Shown piece after piece: positions 1-10,660 of a DNA stretch of 17,076 bases. Where the stretch lies: NCBI GenBank assembly GCA_024626585.2, contig JANKJI020000002.1, positions 220,231,777 to 220,248,852 of the forward strand, in the 5' to 3' direction. Every line of letters starts with the position of its first letter. The first letter of the stretch is position 1. The position numbers and the translations under genes were made by a program. Origin of the DNA: Ginkgo biloba. Its lineage: Eukaryota; Plantae; Ginkgophyta. The notes below the pieces were generated by a model. That model was not told the DNA's origin. It saw only the letters and a list, made by a program, of their open reading frames with translations, and ran no database searches.

Positions 1-2862
1 ATGGTGAATCCATGAATTGCGAAGACATGTGTAGAGGACTACAACTCCAAAACGACTCATACACTCTTACCTCTGATTTTTATGCGGTCATCATTAGTGC
101 AGTTGATATAGTGGTAGGGACACAATGGATCTGGACTCGAGGCAAAATAGTTATGAATATGGATGAGCTATATTTCAAGTTTTGGGAGAATGGGGAAGAA
201 GTCAAGATTCAAGGCATCAAAATTCCTAAAACACAAGTAGTCTCCTTCCATCAGATGAGGAGACAACTGAGAAAAGGGGAACTTGGGTTCATTGCTCAAA
301 TATGGGCCATTCAACATGCAGAAATTAACAAGGGAAAGGATGCCCTCTCTACCTTTCTTGAGATTAACGTAGTCATAGAAGCCTTGAAGATGTGCTTTCA
401 AAGTTACCTAAGGAACTTCCACTTCATAGAGGAATGGAACACATCATTGAGATGGAGGCCAACACATATCCAATTATGATACACCTTATAAGCAGTGCCA
501 CTATTACAAAGTAGAAATAAAGAAAATCATTAAGAAGTTGTCAGATGTAGGGTACATTATTCTCAGCAAGAGCCCTTTTTAACCTCTATGGCATTATCTA
601 AGAAAAAGAAAGGGTCTTTTAGAATGTGAGTGGATTACCAACGATTGAATAGTCATAATTAAAAACAAATTTTCTATTGCCAAATTGATGATTTGATGGA
701 TGAGCTACATGGTGTAGCTTACTTCTCCAAGATTGATTAGAGATCAAGGTGCCACTAGATAAGGATGACAGCAGAAGACACTCATAACTCTGCCTTTCAA
801 ACTCATCAAGTTTATTACGAGTTTCTAGTGATGTTATTTAGCTCACTAATGTTTCAGTGGCATTCCAAGCCAAAATGAGCAAGGTATTTACCTCCCATTT
901 GCATAAATTTGTGTTGGCTTCTTTGATGATATTTTCATATACAATCGTTCCTTAGACCAACATATGGAGCACCTCATCATTGTTCTCCCAATTCTGAGAG
1001 AGCAAGTTCTTTGCCAAAAGGACTAAATGTAGATTCGAGAGAATTGAACTAGACTAATTAAGGCACATCATATCAGATGAGGGTGTGAAGGTGGACCCAA
1101 GTAAGATGGAAGCCATTTTGAAATGGCCTAGGCCTAGTAATATCACTATACTTTGAGGTTTGTTGGGTTTGACAAGTTATTACAAGAAGTTTATAAAAAG
1201 GTATTCTTTTTAAAGCAGCGATATACTTAGATCTNNNNNNNNNNCAAAGAAAGGAGCATTTCAATGGGATGATATACTTAGATCTCACCAAGAAAGGAGC
1301 ATTTCAATGGGATGATAGAACAAAAGAATGTCTCAATCAATTGAAACACATAATGACATGTGTAGGTCCTACATTTCTCTAAACCTTTTGTGTTGGACTG
1401 TGATGCATCTAGGGGTTGATGTAGGAAGGGAAGCCTATTGTTTTTTAGAGCAGAAAATTAAAAGGAGAAGAGAGAACCTCTCCACTTACAATAAAGAAAT
1501 GTTAGTTATTATACACGTGTTGGACAAGTGGAAATCATATCTTTTGGGCAATTATTTTAAGGTACATACAAATCATGACAATGTAAAATACTTCATTTTC
1601 CTAAAGACTTTCCATTTAACACAAATGGATAAACAAAGTACAAGGTTTTACCTTCAAAATAAATTATAAGAAAGGAAATTAGAACATTGTGGCTTTGCTC
1701 TTTATATAGTACATGAAGGGGGCACTTTAGATGTTATTTTTTGAGTTGAAGTAGTGAGATATAAGCAGAGTACACTAAAGATCTTAATATCGCCACTCTC
1801 ATTTCTAAAGTACAACAAGATTTAGCAAAAATCAACATTTTAAGTGGAGGAACGACCTTCTTTGGTACAAGGGTCAAATATACCTCTCTTCTTTCTCCCG
1901 CTTTGGACTAGCGTTCACTGAATCTTATTGTATAATTGCAACAAGACATTAAGTGTTATGCAAGACATTTTCTAAGTCCATCAAGTGCACAAATTCCCCA
2001 AGTCCATCATTAGTGACCTAGACTCAAAGTTTTTGAGGAATATTTTTTATGGAGTGTGGCCTACGTTAAGTTACAACACTACAACCCTCAAATAGATGAC
2101 CAAATTGAAGCAATAAAAAAAAAATTGAAGGGTTACTTATAGAGCTTTGTAAGAGATAAACAAGGAAGTTGGGTTGAGTGGTTACCAATGGAAAAATACT
2201 AATAAATACCAGTAATTTGTCCTCCATCATTATGAGGCCCTTTAGAGCTCTTTATGGTTACATGCCTCCCCACCTTCTAGTGTGGACCAAAGATGAATCA
2301 TGTGCCAGTTGACAATCATGGAGTACTCCAAAATTTTGAAAGTTAATCTTGTTAAAGTGCATAATAGGATGAAGCTTCACACCAATCAATAACACACCAA
2401 GTAGGAGTTAGAGGTTGGTAATTAGGTGTATGTTATATTGCAATCTTAAAAGCAATCTATCTTAAAGAAAGGTGAATAAGAACAAATTGTCCCCAAGATT
2501 TTATGGCCCATACTAGATTTCCAAGAAAATTGAGTGGTTAGCATATGCCCTTGATTTACGCCCCCCTCTTTTTTAAGGATCATACTGTATTTTATATTTC
2601 TTGCTTAAAGAAAATATGGTTCAACATATCACACCCCAAACAGAGATATCCCTCTTAGAAGAAGAAGGGTGATTAGTACTAAAACCTAAAACAATCATAG
2701 ATATTAAAGAAAGGACGCTCAAGCATAAAGTTATGACCAAATTTCTAATCAAATGTAAAAATTGCTAGGGAAAAATGGCTCCTAGAAAATTGAGAATCTT
2801 TATAAAATGCCCCTCTTTTACAATGCATGCTTTGAGGGCAAAACATCTTGATGAGGGGAGGA
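1..2862 (+). mobile_element. Degenerate Ty3/gypsy (chromovirus-type) LTR retrotransposon pol region: protease-RT-RNase H-integrase-chromodomain, ending at the polypurine tract
   Basis: Broken frames give, in gypsy order: DIVVGTQW (protease end, ~105-130); KKKGSFRM.VDYQRLN, IDDLMDELHGVAYFSKID and FFDDI at ~919-933 (RT); CDAS and STYNKEMLVIIHVLDKWKSYLLG..FKVHTNH (RNase H); FPKSIISD.DSKFL (integrase core); KLSPRFYGPY at ~2485-2513 (GPY motif); PKTIIDIKERTLKHKVMTKFLIK (chromodomain-like, ~2680-2755). PPT gaggggagga at 2853-2862. Many stops and frameshifts. Confidence 0.93.
1220..1318. repeat. ~43-bp tandem duplication spanning a 10-N gap inside the gypsy element
   Basis: gatatacttagatct at 1220 and 1271; aagaaaggagcatttcaatgggatgata on both sides; N run at 1235-1244. 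Confidence 0.7.
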
Positions 2863-2864
2863 CC

Positions 2865-3145
2865 TCTCAGAACTCACATAAAATCCTTCAAAAAAAAAGA
2901 GAATAAAACCATTAGAGGCTAATGTTTTTATTGTTGGCACAAAAATCTAAATTATTATTTTTTTGTATTCAATTATTTCATTCAAATTCAAAACCATCCA
3001 AAAGCCAAAACGACCAACAACCAAAAATTAAATTCATTGATAACCAGAAGCTTAAGCAACCAACTACTAGACCCTAAAACAACCAACAACTAAAAGTTAT
3101 AACAACCAACAACCAAACGTTGAAATGACAAACAACTAAAAAAAT
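2865..3145 (+). mobile_element. Probable start of the 3' LTR of the gypsy element, with short caaccaacaac(c/t)aaa subrepeats (right boundary not defined)
   Basis: Follows the PPT; begins tctcag (would be a mutated TGTCAG). About five variants of caaccaacaac-aaa lie between 3011 and 3142. Confidence 0.4.
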
Positions 3146-5142
3146 TTGAATAATCACAAGTTGGACTATTGAATACCCTTCATTAGCATGCCAACCTTAT
3201 AATTTCAAATAGCATAGGGGAATATCTAATAGTTGAATTGAAATTTGAATTCAAAGATGGATAATTAATTGAGTTTTATAGGTGACCAAATCCAAGATTT
3301 GATAATCTTGCCCCAACTAACTGGATGACAAAGAAAATTCATCCTTAATTAGAGATATTGTTAACAATTAGCCTAATTTTATGAATTNNNNNNNNNNNNN
3401 NTTATACTCTTCAAAAGAAATGCTACAATTTTAAATTTTAAAGACTAAATCTTTTAGCACCACTTTCTTTATGGTTACTTAGAACTGCCCTCTATGTGGG
3501 TATTTTAAATGTGATTCACCACTACAAATCTCTTTGGAACGTCTACAATTGCATCCCCATCTTCTCTCATACTTCCCTATCTTAAAAAGCTAAATCAATG
3601 TGTGTGATATGCACAACAAGGCTATCTTGNNNNNNNNNNNNNNNNNNNNNNNNNNNNNNNNNNNNNNNNNNNNNNNNNNNNNNNNNNNNNNNNNNNNNNN
3701 NNNNNNNNNNNNNNNNNNNNNNNNNNNNNNNNNNNNNNNNNNNNNNNNNNNNNNNNNNNNNNNNNNNNNNNNNNNNNNNNNNNNNNNNNNNNNNNNNNNN
3801 NNNNNNNNNNNNNNNNNNNNNNNNNNNNNNNNNNNNNNNNNNNNNNNNNNNNNNNNNNNNNNNNNNNNNNNNNNNNNNNNNNNNNNNNNNNNNNNNNNNN
3901 NNNNNNNNNNNNNNNNNNNNNNNNNNNNNNNNNNNNNNNNNNNNNNNNNNNNNNNNNNNNNNNNNNNNNNNNNNNNNNNNNNNNNNNNNNNNNNNNNNNN
4001 NNNNNNNNNNNNNNNNNNNNNNNNNNNNNNNNNNNNNNNNNNNNNNNNNNNNNNNNNNNNNNNNNNNNNNNNNNNNNNNNNNNNNNNNNNNNNNNNNNNN
4101 NNNNNNNNNNNNNNNNNNNNNNNNNNNNNNNNNNNNNNNNNNNNNNNNNNNNNNNNNNNNNNNNNNNNNNNNNNNNNNNNNNNNNNNNNNNNNNNNNNNN
4201 NNNNNNNNNNNNNNNNNNNNNNNNNNNNNNNNNNNNNNNNNNNNNNNNNNNNNNNNNNNNNNNNNNNNNNNNNNNNNNNNNNNNNNNNNNNNNNNNNNNN
4301 NNNNNNNNNNNNNNNNNNNNNNNNNNNNNNNNNNNNNNNNNNNNNNNNNGCCACTGACCAATAATATTTAGCCATGAGGGGGGTCAATGGTCTTTTATTT
4401 TTCATAAGATTTTCATGTGTAAATTTAAATTAATTTATTCTATCCTCATAAACGAAAAAATGGTCACACATGCCATTTTTATAGTATAATAGTATTAAAT
4501 TAACCACAGGGAATATTCCAAATCTTTCAATAGTTCATCAGAGATTATATGATTTAATCATTCGTAAATATCTAATATTAAATGCATTTAGTGAAAATTA
4601 TTTGCCACAGGTAAGGACTAGTGCCAATTGAAAAAGACCATTCCAACAAAAACAATTGAAAAATTAAAAAACAAATTGCAAGCAAAATTATCAAAGACAA
4701 ACTATATACTGCTTTAAACAAAATTACACGCCAGTCTATATGTTGAATTCTCATATAAATACTGCCCAAACATTTATCTGGATAATAAGCTTTCAAGAAT
4801 TTCAACCTCAATCATTCTACACTCCGATTACTGCCACACTATACTAGTCAGACAGGTAGCCCGACAACAAAATCTATAACAGGAGAAGCCTAAATCTAAT
4901 CTTTCATCATAATACATTGGATTAACATAAACATACATTCAACCCCCTTCTGCCCCTGCTTGCCCTACCAAATGCCAAGAGTCTTCTTTGTGTCGAAAAC
5001 ATTCATTCAAGCCCTCAGTAAAAGCCTTCTTGGTACTAACAACAATAAATTATAATACATCAAATACTTGACACACTGCAAAATTATAGCAGTTTGAACT
5101 TGAAATACATGTATTTGATGATAGATTATTTAACCTAAATCT

Positions 5143-5250
5143 TTAAATTTCCCACTTTTTCATGACCATGCCCTGGGGTGGGCTACCATCCACATGCTTC
5201 GAACCTACATCCTTCCAGTTTGTGGAAAGCACAGTCCCATTTGACTCCAC
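5143..5250 (-). CDS. SGT1: SGT1 last coding exon (SGS domain C-terminus) VESNGTVLSTNWKDVGSKHVDGSPPQGMVMKKWEI*
   Basis: Diagnostic SGS motif ESNGTVLSTNW; acceptor gcAG at 5251-5252; TAA at 5143-5145; 108 nt, phase 0. Confidence 0.96.
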   Translation of the reverse strand: MESNGTVLSTNWKDVGSKHVDGSPPQGMVMKKWEI

Positions 5251-5365
5251 CTGCACAAGACAGCATATTGAAAGTTGGCTACAGTAACAATCATCTTGTC
5301 ATCCACAATACAATACAGTGCAGAAACTATTGATTGTTCTACTTGCAAANNNNNNNNNNNNNNNN

Positions 5366-5470
5366 NNNGGACTTGCTCATGGCCCTCCTAGTATCCTCAT
5401 CTGCATCTCGATAAATGTCCCGAAATAGCTTATTTAAAGCTGCATCGCCTTCCAATTTCTCATCTTTTTC
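5366..5470 (-). CDS. SGT1: SGT1 penultimate exon [34 protein letters not shown](F)
   Basis: SGS motif [23 protein letters not shown]; acceptor ctgcAG at 5471-5472. The last codon and the donor are hidden in the N gap 5350-5368, so the 5366 boundary is inferred. Confidence 0.94.
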
Positions 5471-5608
5471 CTGCAGAGGAATCAGTATTACACAACATCA
5501 AATTATAATCCCAAGTAGATAGCAGTTTGCAGAGAAGTTATTTCTTTAGAAATTACACACAATGCTGGAAAATAGCCTGAATATCTTAATAATATTGGAC
5601 CTACAAAC

Positions 5609-5697
5609 CTCTTTTTTAACTGATGCTTCAATCTTATCCCAATCTTTAGGTGCCCTTGTATTTGATGATGGGTATGTGAGTCTCTGATTCCGCATAT
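5609..5697 (-). CDS. SGT1: SGT1 exon (VR2/SGS start) (D)MRNQRLTYPSSNTRAPKDWDKIEASVKKE
   Basis: YPSS...KDWDK.EA.VKK motif; acceptor ttgcAG at 5698-5699; donor GAG|GTttgt at 5607-5608. Length 89 nt with a phase-1 start, matching the phase-1 donor at 8408. Confidence 0.95.
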
Positions 5698-6262
5698 CTG
5701 CAATCCAATTAAATGATATTATCTCTCTAGAGTGGAAGTGGCAGAGGGATACAGAATAAAGCAGTGCAAAGTTCAAGCTCGTTAATTCCTGATAGTGCAT
5801 TCCAATATTAGTTATCTGTAGCATAGGCATGTTTCAAAACCACTGAAGAATGAATTGAAGATCTTATGGATGCTTCTTGTGGGACTGAAAAGAAGAAAGC
5901 TAAAGTATACAAATCAGATTAGACACCTAGGAGAATTTGATCCTCTTTAACTGTTGCCAGATTTTAAGGCATACGTATACATAGCGAGAGTGTAATCCAG
6001 ATCATCCCTCAAATCACACCTGCAGATTATAGGCAATTCATAGAGTTGTGAAAGTTAAAATAATTGATGAATGTTAACTGTAATCCTTGTGTAAATAGCT
6101 TGCTGTGTATTCTGTGTAAGCGCCGGTTTGAGAATTCAGATTATGTAAGAGAGAGCTCTGATTCTCTGATGTAATAAATAGTGATAATTCTCACTTACTG
6201 TTATTGTATGGATCTGTGTTGATTGCAGGACTATGCATGCATGATGATACATATGTGCGATC

Positions 6263-6444
6263 TGATAATTGAAGTAGATAATAATCACAGGTAAGACATG
6301 GCTTGGCCATGTACCAATATAAAGCGACACTAACTACGTGTTTGTCTTTGTGATAATTGGTATATAATAGATCGTAGGTAATGCATGGCTTTACCATGTA
6401 CCAAAGTGGGCCAACACTAACTACTACCTGTTTGTCTTTGTGAT
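6263..6444. repeat. Two diverged ~87-bp tandem copies in an SGT1 intron
   Basis: aggtaa..catggctt..ccatgtaccaa...acactaactac..gtttgtctttgtgat at ~6289-6354 and ~6376-6444. Confidence 0.8.
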
Positions 6445-6580
6445 GCAAATAAATTGAATCAGAGTTTTATCGTGTGCCACATAAAATCATATCTGATGAT
6501 ATACCCAACATCAGTACAAATAAGAAAAGATTAGATCTTAGTAGTCCCCAGTCTTGTCTTCCTCATCTTCATCCATCTTT

Positions 6581-6678
6581 ATCATGGTGGCAATAATATT
6601 CAATCGATCTCATCAGACCCTGCACATGATCATGGTGGCCATAATATTCAATCGATCTGATCAGACCATGCACATGAT
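6581..6678. repeat. Two near-identical 48-bp tandem copies
   Basis: atcatggtggc(a/c)ataatattcaatcgatct(c/g)atcagacc(c/a)tgcacatg at 6581 and 6629. Confidence 0.92.
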
Positions 6679-8408
6679 GAGTCACCTCCCCTCACCTACA
6701 TCTTGTTCCAGCTTCTACTACTCAATTGAGATGTCACTGAAAAAGATGAAAACCGGTACTTGTATAATGTTCAATATGCAATGTAGTAAACAAATAAATA
6801 AATATCTACAGTATTTTTTAAAAGGAACATCACTTTCAAAAGGAGTCCATCTCAGAGGATCCATGACTAAATCTTAAAATGCAGTCTTCGTTAAACTGCT
6901 ATTACCACAATGGCCTAACAATATCTGTTAAAGAGGAGCTCTTCAAACCATGGCTCCTGAACCAAATATCAGACAACAGTGTGTGAAAGGCAATATCCAA
7001 GATTGAGAATACCACAAAAGTCCCATCTCACAACTGTATCACCAGCAGTCCACCTAGTAGATCATCATCTGACGTACATTAATTCCAGGTCGGTAACAAA
7101 AGTTTAACATTTCCCAAGTAAAGGGGACATTGGAGGGGCACTAAGTACAGACAAAACAATGGTTTGCAAGTGGAAATTTTGATTTTGGAAGGAGATGGCA
7201 TCTATAAATAGTCTGANNNNNNNNNNNNNNNNNNNNNNNNNNNNNNNNNNNNNNNNNNNNNNNNNNNNNNNNNNNNNNNNNNNNNNNNNNNNNNNNNNNN
7301 NNNNNNNNNNNNNNNNNNNNNNNNNNNNNNNNNNNNNNNNNNNNNNNNNNNNNNNNNNNNNNNNNNNNNNNNNNNNNNNNNNNNNNNNNNNNNNAGTGCA
7401 TGTCCTCCATTGAAGGTAAGATTACATTTGGCATATAACCAACCAACATCAATGCTAAAGATGATTGCCTCCAAAGTATAAGAAATGGAGATAGGGGCAT
7501 ATCAATTAGAATCCATTTATTTACTTTCAAACTGGATCTCCTATAAATTCAACACACCTAAGCCACACGGTCTACATTTCACCTATCCTAATGCACACTA
7601 GGATGACACATTAGACACAACCAAAAGCTTCATATGCTGGTCAGCATCGGGTACAGCTTCAGATGGGATCATATCTACTTCCGAATTCAATAGACATGAT
7701 TTGTGTCCAAGTTTGTGTTTAGAACACTCATTACATCTGGTACTGGAAACTCAGATATGTGGATGGCTGGCAGTCCTGCACGTTAAAGTTATAATAAACA
7801 AGGTCATGGTACACAAAGATACCCTATCTAGAAGCAGTATACAGGCTCATGTTGGATCTGAAATGCAGTAGGGCACAGATAAAAAGCAATGAGTATTATA
7901 TGGCCTTGAATCAATTAAATTATTAATGAATCAAATGCATGGCACAGAAAATCTAGAAATCAATATGCTCATGTATACTCATTGTCAATAGTATTGGGAA
8001 GGACAACTTGCTTAGAAATCTCCCCAATATGGACTAGGACAAATAAAATACAAACTTATAGGAGTCTCATTAGATGAATACACCTGTGCACGGCTAGTCT
8101 TTGTAATTGGAATATAAATTCTCTCTGTTATTGAAGATCAGAAAACCAGCACTCAAGAATCATTCTTTCTACTTCAAAGTACATAAAATGTCTCCACCAA
8201 GGATGTGCCCTATCCTAATCCCCTCTTTATCCTAGCTCTTTATTTCTATCATCAACTTCAGCATATGATGTAATCAAAGACCACTATAGACTTCATGTAC
8301 TCCCATTAAAAACAATTTCACTGAAAATGAGAACTATATTCTTCTAAATATAAGGCCTATAGAAGATCCATGCATATGGGCAATAGAACTGTAACAATCA
8401 TAAGCTAC

Positions 8409-8880
8409 CTGGAGAAACAATCTGTTTCTGCGGTACTCCCTGCTTCTTTTCATATTCCAAAGATGCCCAGTTAATATGCTGTGCCTTCGCCAAGTGTATC
8501 TCTATTTTTGTTGTCAAAATGGCATATTTGCATTTCTCTGGAATTATCTTTGCAAATAAATGCTTCTGAAGAGCATATTTGTCTTCTCTAGGAACTTCGA
8601 TAATAACACTCAAAAACTGTTCACCAAATTCGATGTGAACACCGTATCCAGATAATCCTTTGGCAAACATTGTAACCACTACTTCATTTGGTTTCTGGTA
8701 GTATTCGTGTCTGTATTTTGGTTTGGTTGAGTGCAATGGTGTACCTTCATGGTTATCTTCTGATACCATTTGCACTGGTCCTTCTCTTTGTTGTTGATCA
8801 GACTTTGTGGGAGTAGCATCGAATGAGGGCAATGGAGTGGTGTTGGGTCCATTAATTGGTAAAATAGAACTAGGTTGCTC
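8409..8880 (-). CDS. SGT1: SGT1 VR1 + CS (p23-like) domain, open intronless frame ending at the genuine phase-1 donor; 5' boundary and functional status uncertain
   Basis: KPKYRHEYYQKPNEVVVTMFAKG...EFGEQFLSVIIEVP...LFAKIIPEKCKY..LTTKIEI.LAKA..INWASLEY. Donor CCA G|GTagc at 8407-8408. The frame is closed upstream by TAA at 8881-8883 with no convincing acceptor. Confidence 0.75.
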
Positions 8881-9034
8881 TTATTTTCCATCTGCGGTAG
8901 CTTCCTCACATCACATTTCTCAATCAATTATTTGCATCAAGAGAAGATCCTACACTACGATAAAGCTTAATGGCCTATTCAAAATCCATGTCTACAAAGG
9001 CATCATTAATTTTTTTGTTTAAATCATTGGCCAT
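8881..9034 (-). pseudogene. SGT1: 5' part of a processed SGT1 retrocopy: start of exon 1 joined to end of exon 3 joined to exon 4, with stops, deletions and a frameshift
   Basis: ATG at 9034 reads MANDLNKKINDAFVDMDFE*AIKLYRSVGSSLDANN*. A shifted frame then reads LIEKCD, directly followed by GAG GAA GCT, with no intron where the other copy has an acceptor. Confidence 0.85.
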
Positions 9035-9219
9035 AAAATTTAATCTTCTACCTCTTGTGCTAAAACTCAACAAATCCCAAACATATTGAAGACTATAAAT
9101 CTAGAGATGACCCATCCTATTAGCCTTTGAACCCTTTCTACATAAATCTTATTATGTTAGCATTCCCTCTAGGTTGTATCATGTTGTGACCTTGAACTCA
9201 AACACTTATAGTGGCATCA

Positions 9220-9532
9220 TGTTGGAATGATATGTTACCAACATGAGGTGGACCTCCTACTTAGGCAGATATGTACTAGAAAGGATCTACATAGAATTAT
9301 ACAGAAGAATAGAATGGACTTCATTAAATGTGGGGTAGTCCTAAGAATCTAGGATTTCCCAAGTATTAAATACATTCCAATGTTCTATCTCTTTGCTTCC
9401 CCCCTACATTGATATATACATGTGTATATATAGGTGGAGAAATATGTTGAATATCCCAACTGCCCAACTATCTCATTACATAACAAAGTGACATTAGTAA
9501 TATAATATTAGAACCGAATATGTTTTCCAACA
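9220..9532 (-). mobile_element. 313-bp LTR, probably the 5' LTR of the element carrying the SGT1 retrocopy
   Basis: Perfect 8-bp terminal inverted repeat TGTTGGAA...TTCCAACA. Minus-strand CCTATATATAC TATA box at ~9424-9434. Flanks (catca / ccttt) are not a TSD, so it is not a solo LTR. It truncates a copia integrase at one end and is followed by TGATGCCAC (PBS-like, weak) at the other. Confidence 0.75.
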
Positions 9533-9533
9533 C

Positions 9534-9939
9534 CTTTAAAAAATAAACCCAAGTTTTCCCAGTGCAATCATCAATTAATAACATGAAATACTTGGTATTT
9601 ATTAAGGGTTGAGTTCTTACTAGTCCACATAGATCTGTGTGAAGAAGCTATAGAGGTGCCTTTGCTCTCCATTGGATGTCTTTGAACACTTCTTTGTGTT
9701 ATTTTCTTAACACACACCTTTCATAGATATTTTCTTTCTTTCCAAAAAAAGGTAAACCAATCACTATTTATTTTTTTCTTATCAAAATAATACTGTCATA
9801 ATTTAAATGACCAAGTCTCTTATTCCAAAGACTAATTTCATATTCTACCTTTGTTGTCAAAGCTTGTATGGATTTGGGAGATAGAACAAGTTTAAATAAC
9901 CTATCCTTGGTGAGCTCCCCTTTGGCTACAATAGCTCCT
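9534..9939 (-). mobile_element. Ty1/copia GAG-pre-integrase and integrase N-terminal fragment (pseudogenised)
   Basis: One frame: GAIVAKGELTKDRLFKLV...SLWNKRLGHLNYD...GLP...CVL...WRAKAPL*LLHTDLCG...KYFMLLIDDCTGKTWVYFLK. Confidence 0.92.
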
Positions 9940-10039
9940 NNNNNNNNNNNNNNNNNNNNNNNNNNNNNNNNNNNNNNNNNNNNNNNNNNNNNNNNNNNNN
10001 NNNNNNNNNNNNNNNNNNNNNNNNNNNNNNNNNNNNNNN
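9940..10039. other. Assembly gap of exactly 100 N (conventional placeholder for unknown size) between the two SGT1 CS-region copies
   Basis: Counted N run 9940-10039; the other gaps have irregular lengths (e.g. 3630-4349, 7217-7394). Confidence 0.9.
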
Positions 10040-10310
10040 GAAGAGAAAACCCTTAGGTCAAAAACTCTCCAATGATTCCCTTTGGTCATAGCCCTCAATA
10101 GGCTTGACTCCATAGAACCATATGCTATCCCCCTCCTAGTTAGGATGTTACATCAAAATTCCACTAGAAGATGGATCCTTTAGGGTCAAATTGCAATTTC
10201 TATTTCATCTAATGGTAAAAATGGGACCACATAAATTCAAGTGTGAATTTTGTGAATACTGGGACAGTAACTTGCCCCAAGGATTAGTGGCCATTTGATA
10301 ATTAAATTCT

Positions 10311-10660
10311 TGTTTCTACAATACTCCCTATGTATTTTTGTATTACAAAGATGCCTAGTTAATATGATGTTCCTTCGCCAAGGATATCTCTATTTTTGTT
10401 GTCAAAATGGCATACTTGCATTTCTCTAGAATTATCTTTGTAAATAAATCCTTCTAAAGAACATATTTTTTTTCTCTAGGAACTTTAATAATAACACTAA
10501 AAAACTATTCACCAAATTCAATGTGAACACTATCTCCAGATAATCCCTTATCAAACACTATGACCACTACTTTATTTGGTTTTTAGTAGTATTTGTGCCT
10601 GTATTTTAGTTTGGATGATTGTAATGGTGTACCTTCAAGGTTATCTTTTGATACCATTTA
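10311..10660 (-). pseudogene. SGT1: Decayed intronless copy of the SGT1 CS domain
   Basis: Aligns without indels to 8423-8772 (offset 1888). Eight in-frame stops: six at Gln codons, one Trp, one Glu. Homology ends at 10311, just before the donor position. Confidence 0.92.

Noticed and set aside
1220-1318. 43-bp duplication as a biologically meaningful structure
   Set aside because: It straddles a 10-N gap in a dead retrotransposon and may be a gap-filling artefact.
3582-4405. Four long ORFs in the ORF track
   Set aside because: They are read-through of the N gap 3630-4349.
6554-6877. 107-aa ORF with an internal repeat
   Set aside because: It results from the 48-bp tandem duplication, lies antisense in an intron, and has no recognisable homology.
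7141-7530. ORFs spanning 7217-7394 (likewise those at 9868-10113)
   Set aside because: Mostly N, with no coding evidence.
7560-7780. Possible extra minus-strand exon after tgcAG at ~7775
   Set aside because: All three frames close quickly, and the 8408 donor already joins the 5697 exon in phase with no SGT1 sequence missing.
9220-9532. Solo-LTR interpretation
   Set aside because: The flanking 5-mers differ and the copia frame does not resume on the other side.
10040-10310. AGGAGGGGGA as the PPT of the SGT1-carrying element, or WNFDVTS as an L1 RNase H motif
   Set aside because: The purine run is not followed by the TGTTGGAA LTR start, and the peptide match is too short. Left unassigned.
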